Below are positions 59,628-64,000 of a DNA stretch of 64,000 nucleotides, in pieces. The number at the start of each line of letters is the position of its first letter. Within the stretch, counting starts at the first letter, position 1. Source of the DNA: Candidatus Poseidoniaceae archaeon (GTDB lineage Archaea; Thermoplasmatota; Poseidoniia; Poseidoniales; Poseidoniaceae); the NCBI GenBank assembly GCA_965662895.1, contig CBFIJH010000008.1:27852-91851 (forward strand). Direction: 5' to 3'. Position numbers and translations under genes: made by a program. Below the pieces are notes generated by a model. That model saw nothing but the letters and a program-made list of their open reading frames with translations, did not search any database and had not been told where the DNA came from.

Positions 59628-60122
59628 ATGAACATTAAATTTACCATATTGATAATATCGTTAATTTTGACTAACAGCCTTGCAGGTTGTCTATCGTCGG
59701 ATGAGGATGAATTAGATAAATTTCCATCGTTTAATCTAGTCGATGAACAAGGAAATACTCAAAATAAATCGATGTATGAAAACGGACCATTTGTTGCTTA
59801 TTTCTCCGCCTCTTGGTGTTCACACTGTAAACCTGTCCTAGGCGCCCTCGATGATATAATCCCTGAAGGCCAACTGGTTGTTTTTAACATAGAATCAAGA
59901 GAGCAATATAGCGATATGAACGATTGGAAAGACAGAATGGAATCGGAATTAGAAAGAGATTTATTTCATCCATTTATACACGCTCCGCCATTGGCACAAT
60001 CTTTGGAGGTATCAAAAATTCCAACTGTATTTTTTATCAATAGTGATGGGGAAATTGTACACAGACCCTCGGGATTAACAGATAAATCGATTTTAGAAGA
60101 TCAATGGAATTCTGTTTCTTAA
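59628..60122 (+). CDS. TlpA/thioredoxin-like lipoprotein
   Basis: Lipobox LAGC; FSASWCSHC; cis-Pro motif IPT. Confidence 0.85.
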   Translation: MNIKFTILIISLILTNSLAGCLSSDEDELDKFPSFNLVDEQGNTQNKSMYENGPFVAYFSASWCSHCKPVLGALDDIIPEGQLVVFNIESREQYSDMNDWKDRMESELERDLFHPFIHAPPLAQSLEVSKIPTVFFINSDGEIVHRPSGLTDKSILEDQWNSVS

Positions 60123-60167
60123 TCGCAAGACTGATTTATTCAACTATCTGACATCTGGTTTTTTTTG

Positions 60168-60245
60168 CAAAGGGGGCCCCCACTGCCTACCCTCAGTACA
60201 CTGGCTACCCATTGAATAGACGGTAGTTGAAAGGGGGACCCTTTG
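60168..60245 (+). repeat. Island repeat element copy B
   Basis: CAAAGGGGGCCCCC...GGGGGACCCTTTG termini; core GCTACCCATTGAA identical to 63190-63202 and at the same 29-nt distance from the 3' end. Confidence 0.8.
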
Positions 60246-60299
60246 TTCTCCCAAACATTGTAGAGGAATTCATATAACTTCATACGAGATGCAATCATC

Positions 60300-61220
60300 A
60301 TGGAAATAGAACCTCTTACCAAAAAATGGATGTATGCGGGAGGTGCGATTTTTCTTGTCTTAATTTTCCTATTTTCTGTTCTGAAGTTTGGTTTTTTTGG
60401 CTTTGATTTCAAAGAAGATGACTCAAGTAGTTATGATGAGGATGGGAATTATAATGATGGAAAATGGTTTACAGTTACTGAAGACTCAGAGAACATTTTT
60501 TCCGTTACAGTAACAGATACACCTCAGGGGAAAACGATATTGGATTGCAATCCATTTGGAACTGAATTGAGTAACCGTTTGTATCCATACCACTCGAATC
60601 TTGCAGAAACCCTCTACAAGCCTTTACCAAGTGAAATAGACCTTGATACCTTCGACCCTGATAATTACGATGAGAATAGCCTTCCACATCACGCCCACGG
60701 AGCAACCATAATCACTGGAATAGACCCTGTTTCCTTTTCATTCGGCAAAGTACTTCACAATTCACAAATAAGATGTACATTGACAGATGTTGGAAATGAG
60801 AAACCTACAATCCAAGTTACTATGATTCATGTTCCGATGGTGGAGGGTGAACACCAACCTATCGTGAATGTGTCAATGACAAAAGATTGGGATGGATTGA
60901 CAATTCATTGGGAAAGCCAAGAAACTACTCTCTGGCATGGTATGCATAAATTCTATCTTGGAGATTCAGATTACTCTACCACAGAAGTAACTGTAGATCA
61001 GTTCACTGGAAACTCTGGATCTGTATCGAATTCAGATTACATCGGTGGAATAACAGAAGGGACTTGGTTAATTGCAGTTTGGGGGGCTGAAGCAAATGGA
61101 TACATCGAGCATGTGACATGGTATCAGTTTGAATATACAGGAAAGGACTGTGAATATCCAGACACTTGTGAAACTCAAGTGGAATTGACACCATATGCGA
61201 CTTATTACTGGGCGAATTGA
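60300..61220 (+). CDS. Membrane-anchored extracellular acidic protein, unknown function
   Basis: N-terminal TM helix, beta-rich acidic body. Confidence 0.7.
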   Translation: MEIEPLTKKWMYAGGAIFLVLIFLFSVLKFGFFGFDFKEDDSSSYDEDGNYNDGKWFTVTEDSENIFSVTVTDTPQGKTILDCNPFGTELSNRLYPYHSNLAETLYKPLPSEIDLDTFDPDNYDENSLPHHAHGATIITGIDPVSFSFGKVLHNSQIRCTLTDVGNEKPTIQVTMIHVPMVEGEHQPIVNVSMTKDWDGLTIHWESQETTLWHGMHKFYLGDSDYSTTEVTVDQFTGNSGSVSNSDYIGGITEGTWLIAVWGAEANGYIEHVTWYQFEYTGKDCEYPDTCETQVELTPYATYYWAN

Positions 61221-61260
61221 CATTTTATTGATTTGTAACTCGGGTCATTATTAGCACCAA

Positions 61261-62049
61261 CTAACGAATGTGCCAAGGCTTTGAACCCCAATTGCTTGGA
61301 TGGGGGAAATTCTTCCTTTCAAGATGGAACTTGTTGCTTGTGACCCTGCTTACTGCATTTCCTTGCCACCTTCCGCCTCTCTTTCCTTTGATGCCTTGAC
61401 GGTTGAGAGAACGAGCAACACTTGCGGCAGACATTCCATTGGTGTCAATTTGCCATTTCATGTAATCAATATGGCTTTGTTCAATCCAATTTGGAATGAG
61501 CATTCCATTTGGATCTACATCCCATCCATAGATAGAATGAGTGAATTTCTTGTGGTCTGCTTTCAGTTGATTCATTCCAATCTGAGTTCTCTCTGAAATC
61601 AAACCTCTTTCCATTTCTGCCATCGCACCCATCATAGTGAGGAAGAAGCGACCCATTGGAGTGGATGTATCAACTGCTTCTCCATTCATGTCGACGATAT
61701 GGAATGAAATGTTTGCATCATTCAATTCATCTACTGTCGCGAGCATATCACTAACGAGTCTAAACATTCTGTCAAGTTTCATGGTTATTAGGTTGGAATA
61801 ATCGCCCGTCATCAATTTCCCCTTCAAGACTCTACCAACTGGTCTATCCCATATGGGAATGCCACCACTTACGCTTTTCTCAATCAGAATATCAGAATCA
61901 TCAAGTGTCAATCCTTTGAACTTGGCATATTCTTTGATTCTTCGTTTCTGAGCTGCTATGCTTACTCCCTCATCAACTTGTTTTTGTGAAGATACCCGAA
62001 TATATGCAACTGACTTCTTTGAATCCTTGATTGGTTTTGAAGTCAGCAT
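61261..62049 (-). CDS. Serine recombinase (resolvase catalytic domain plus short recombinase-type C-terminal domain)
   Basis: AYIRVSSQKQ (catalytic Ser), SGG...RP, KLDRMFR, TPMGRFF..MAEMER..ISERT, VARSLN..G....GG.W. Confidence 0.92.
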   Translation of the reverse strand: MLTSKPIKDSKKSVAYIRVSSQKQVDEGVSIAAQKRRIKEYAKFKGLTLDDSDILIEKSVSGGIPIWDRPVGRVLKGKLMTGDYSNLITMKLDRMFRLVSDMLATVDELNDANISFHIVDMNGEAVDTSTPMGRFFLTMMGAMAEMERGLISERTQIGMNQLKADHKKFTHSIYGWDVDPNGMLIPNWIEQSHIDYMKWQIDTNGMSAASVARSLNRQGIKGKRGGRWQGNAVSRVTSNKFHLERKNFPHPSNWGSKPWHIR

Positions 62050-62071
62050 AACTTCATATTGTTGTCTTTCT

Positions 62072-62079
62072 ATTTATAA
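62072..62079 (-). promoter_or_regulatory. Putative TATA box of the recombinase gene
   Basis: TTATAAAT on the minus strand, 23-30 nt upstream of the ATG (leaderless archaeal geometry). Confidence 0.45.
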
Positions 62080-62103
62080 CAAGGCATATTCCTTAAAATA
62101 ATG

Positions 62104-62226
62104 CTGTTGAAAGAATCAACAAATCGTTCTGCATAAGGTCGAACGGGTTGATGTAGAACACCGATTAAACAGGTTAATTGAATTGAATAGGCTGTTGAAA
62201 CACCCCTGTTGAATCCATCAACAAAT
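62104..62226. promoter_or_regulatory. Res-like site: two copies of the palindrome CTGTTGA-N5-TCAACAAAT plus half-sites
   Basis: 62104-62124 CTGTTGAAAGAATCAACAAAT and 62206-62226 CTGTTGAATCCATCAACAAAT; an extra CTGTTGAA at 62192. Confidence 0.6.
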
Positions 62227-62405
62227 AGCAATCGGAAATGTTGAATGGGTCAATCCGAATGCCCTCCCAACAGGTCTGACCTGTTTCATGGGCGTTCAGT
62301 CGGTCGGTTTTCTCGCTACCGAATCAACAGGCATCTCATGCGTGGGTGTCGGGTGGGCGTCGGGCCAAATAATAAGAAGGATAAATTCAATTTCAATTTG
62401 AGCGG

Positions 62406-63089
62406 ATGGCACAAAAATCTCGGAAAGACACGTTAGCACAAGCCAAAGATATGGGTTTAGAACTAAGTGCTGACGGTTCTGCTTGGATACCAATAAGCAA
62501 ATCAGATGTTGGTAACGCACACAAATCGGAGCAAAGACAGTTGAATGGCAAGGAATTAATGCATATCATAATACTCTCTTTTTCGGGATTGTTAGCTATT
62601 ATTGCTATTCTTGGTTCGTCATGGATTTCTGTTGATATTAGGGGCCATCACATCTCTGAATTTGGGTTGAATAGCGTACAAGGACAGGATGACTCTGAAA
62701 TATATGCTGAGACATGTGACGATTCAACAGGCGACTCATGTGCTGCTGCTAGAGCTGGACTAGTTGCAACAATAGGGCTATCAATTGGTATTTTCTTACT
62801 TCTTGTGTCCAGTATGGATATTTTTCTTCGAACCAAAGGATTTGCCCTTTTGTCTGTTATATCTCAATTTGGAAAGATAATAGTTCAGTTGGGGGCAGGG
62901 ATATCTATGATGTTAGGAATCGGATTCTGGCTAATTACTTGGGGTTTTTATTTCAATTCGTCAATGGAAGAATATGGTCACTTTGGAATCCATTTTTGGA
63001 TGGCTTTATTTGCTGCATTTTTAGGGTTGATATCTCCAATTTTGAACAGATTTGAATTTCCTGAGGACTTTGACGCTACAAGCAAATAG
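62406..63089 (+). CDS. 4-TM membrane protein with claudin/PMP22-like first loop
   Basis: TM1-SSW...FGL...C-x7-C-TM2, TM3, loop YGHFG..FW TM4. Confidence 0.6.
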   Translation: MAQKSRKDTLAQAKDMGLELSADGSAWIPISKSDVGNAHKSEQRQLNGKELMHIIILSFSGLLAIIAILGSSWISVDIRGHHISEFGLNSVQGQDDSEIYAETCDDSTGDSCAAARAGLVATIGLSIGIFLLLVSSMDIFLRTKGFALLSVISQFGKIIVQLGAGISMMLGIGFWLITWGFYFNSSMEEYGHFGIHFWMALFAAFLGLISPILNRFEFPEDFDATSK

Positions 63090-63115
63090 AGCAGAGATAA
63101 ATCGATACGGATAAG

Positions 63116-63145
63116 TTGCAAGGGGTTATCCCAAACCCCTTTGCA
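63116..63145. terminator. Hairpin between convergent genes (TGCAAGGGGTT-ATCCCA-AACCCCTTTGCA), related to the repeat termini
   Basis: Near-perfect inverted repeat downstream of the 63089 stop. Confidence 0.4.
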
Positions 63146-63160
63146 TTGTATTTTCCGATA

Positions 63161-63231
63161 CAAAGGGGATTCAGTGGGTCGATACTGACGCTACCCATTG
63201 AAGGAACGGGTCATCAGAGGGGTCCCCTCTG
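63161..63231 (+). repeat. Island repeat element copy C
   Basis: CAAAGGGGATTCAGTGGGTC...GACGCTACCCATTGAA...ACGGGT...CAGAGGGGTCCCCTCTG. Confidence 0.85.
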
Positions 63232-63232
63232 A

Positions 63233-63667
63233 TTAGTCTTCATCTTCTGAGGTCCAATCCCAATCTTCAACAGACAAAGACCCGAATCGAGATTCAAGAT
63301 AGAAAGATGTTGCAGCAGACATCATCCTGATGTCTTCATCCCCGCTCAACCCTCTCGTTATGTCATGATGATCAATCGGTGTATTTGATGTGAAGAATCT
63401 AATCGCTACCGTATTTTCCAAACCATCAAACTGCTCTAGATATGCTGGGAATTCTTTTGTGCTATTGGAGACAACATAACTCGGTTCCCAAGTGTCATCA
63501 AAGAGACCTCTCATGTAAGCAGTCAAACTTACGTCCGATTCATCTCGTTTCATTGCAGATAGGATGTTTTCATAGGTTTGTTCTTGGATTTTAAGATTCA
63601 ATTCGAACACACCATGTTCTTTGAGAAAATGATAGTCATCCCAATCTATTCCGCCCATTCTCGCCAT
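63233..63667 (-). CDS. Hypothetical acidic protein
   Basis: 144-aa ORF bounded on both sides by repeat copies. Confidence 0.6.
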   Translation of the reverse strand: MARMGGIDWDDYHFLKEHGVFELNLKIQEQTYENILSAMKRDESDVSLTAYMRGLFDDTWEPSYVVSNSTKEFPAYLEQFDGLENTVAIRFFTSNTPIDHHDITRGLSGDEDIRMMSAATSFYLESRFGSLSVEDWDWTSEDED

Positions 63668-63723
63668 GGTGTCTGGTGAGATTCTTTGATTATGACCTTG
63701 TTGGTGTGATTCAGTATAAGCAC

Positions 63724-63838
63724 CAAAGGGTCAATGCACAAACCCACTGATTCATTTTGACCACATCAGAGGGCTCGCAGTGGGTCTTTTCAGACGCTAC
63801 GGTCTGCTTGGACGGGTAAGCAAAGGGCACCCTCTGAT
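63724..63838. repeat. Island repeat copies D (degenerate, minus, 63724-63760) and E (63767-63836, plus), back to back
   Basis: E: ATCAGAGGG...CAGTGGGTC..CAGACGCTAC..GACGGGT..CAAAGGGCACCCTCTGAT. D: CAAAGGGT..ACAAACCCACTG..TTTGA, resembling copy A. Confidence 0.8.
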
Positions 63839-63885
63839 TGACATGTAGGAGGAATTGTCAATTAGAAGATATACAATGAGGAGTT

Positions 63886-64000
63886 ATGTCACAGGATGGA
63901 AAAGGAGACACGTCAACGCTGAGCATCCTCTTTCTTGCTGGAGCCATTGGTATTGGAATTTGGTTTCTCACAGTAGTATCGGACTTTATCGATTCAGGCG
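63886..64000 (+). CDS. Membrane protein, 5' part only (truncated by window end)
   Basis: SD GAGGAG; MSQDGKGDTSTLSILFLAGAIGIGIWFLTVVSDFIDSG... open to the window end. Confidence 0.55.
   Translation, partial: MSQDGKGDTSTLSILFLAGAIGIGIWFLTVVSDFIDSG

Larger units (their letters stand above)
58957..64000. mobile_element. AT-rich accessory island with serine recombinase and intergenic palindromic repeats (continues past the window end)
   Basis: Visible composition shift right after the 58956 stop; orphan membrane genes; recombinase; repeat family in the gaps. Confidence 0.6.

Noticed and set aside
58958-63838. CRISPR array or classical integron attC array
   Set aside because: Copies are divergent and separated by whole genes; no RYYYAAC/GTTRRRY ends and no tyrosine integrase are visible

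Overview
Archaeal chromosomal segment. The gene set and order (aIF-2α–nop10–PAC2, rps27e/rpl44e, rpl10e, ABCE1, archaeal TyrRS/TpiA, plus bacterial-type MutS/MutL, PurF and ETF, and thrombospondin-type-3-repeat surface proteins) suggest Thermoplasmatota, most likely Marine Group II/Poseidoniales; this is an inference. Positions 1-58956 are dense housekeeping DNA with about 55 CDSs, a tRNA-Ser(CGA) and an rpl37e missed by the ORF track. From about 58957 to the window end the DNA is visibly AT-richer. This part carries small membrane/lipoprotein genes, a serine recombinase with res-like palindromes upstream, and at least five copies of an unannotated ~40-78 bp palindromic element in the intergenic gaps. 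Best candidates for undescribed biology: (1) this recombinase + repeat + membrane-cassette island; (2) a tandem pair of Cas4/AddB-like PD-(D/E)xK nucleases, each fused to C-terminal OB folds; (3) a Tad/type IV pilus-like operon led by a small protein resembling Mu DNA-circularisation-N/phage tail-initiator folds; (4) an MCM N-terminal-only protein, a HemC-like pseudo-enzyme, a triple-SAP protein and a claudin-like protein. All family calls come from reading motifs by eye; no searches were run.
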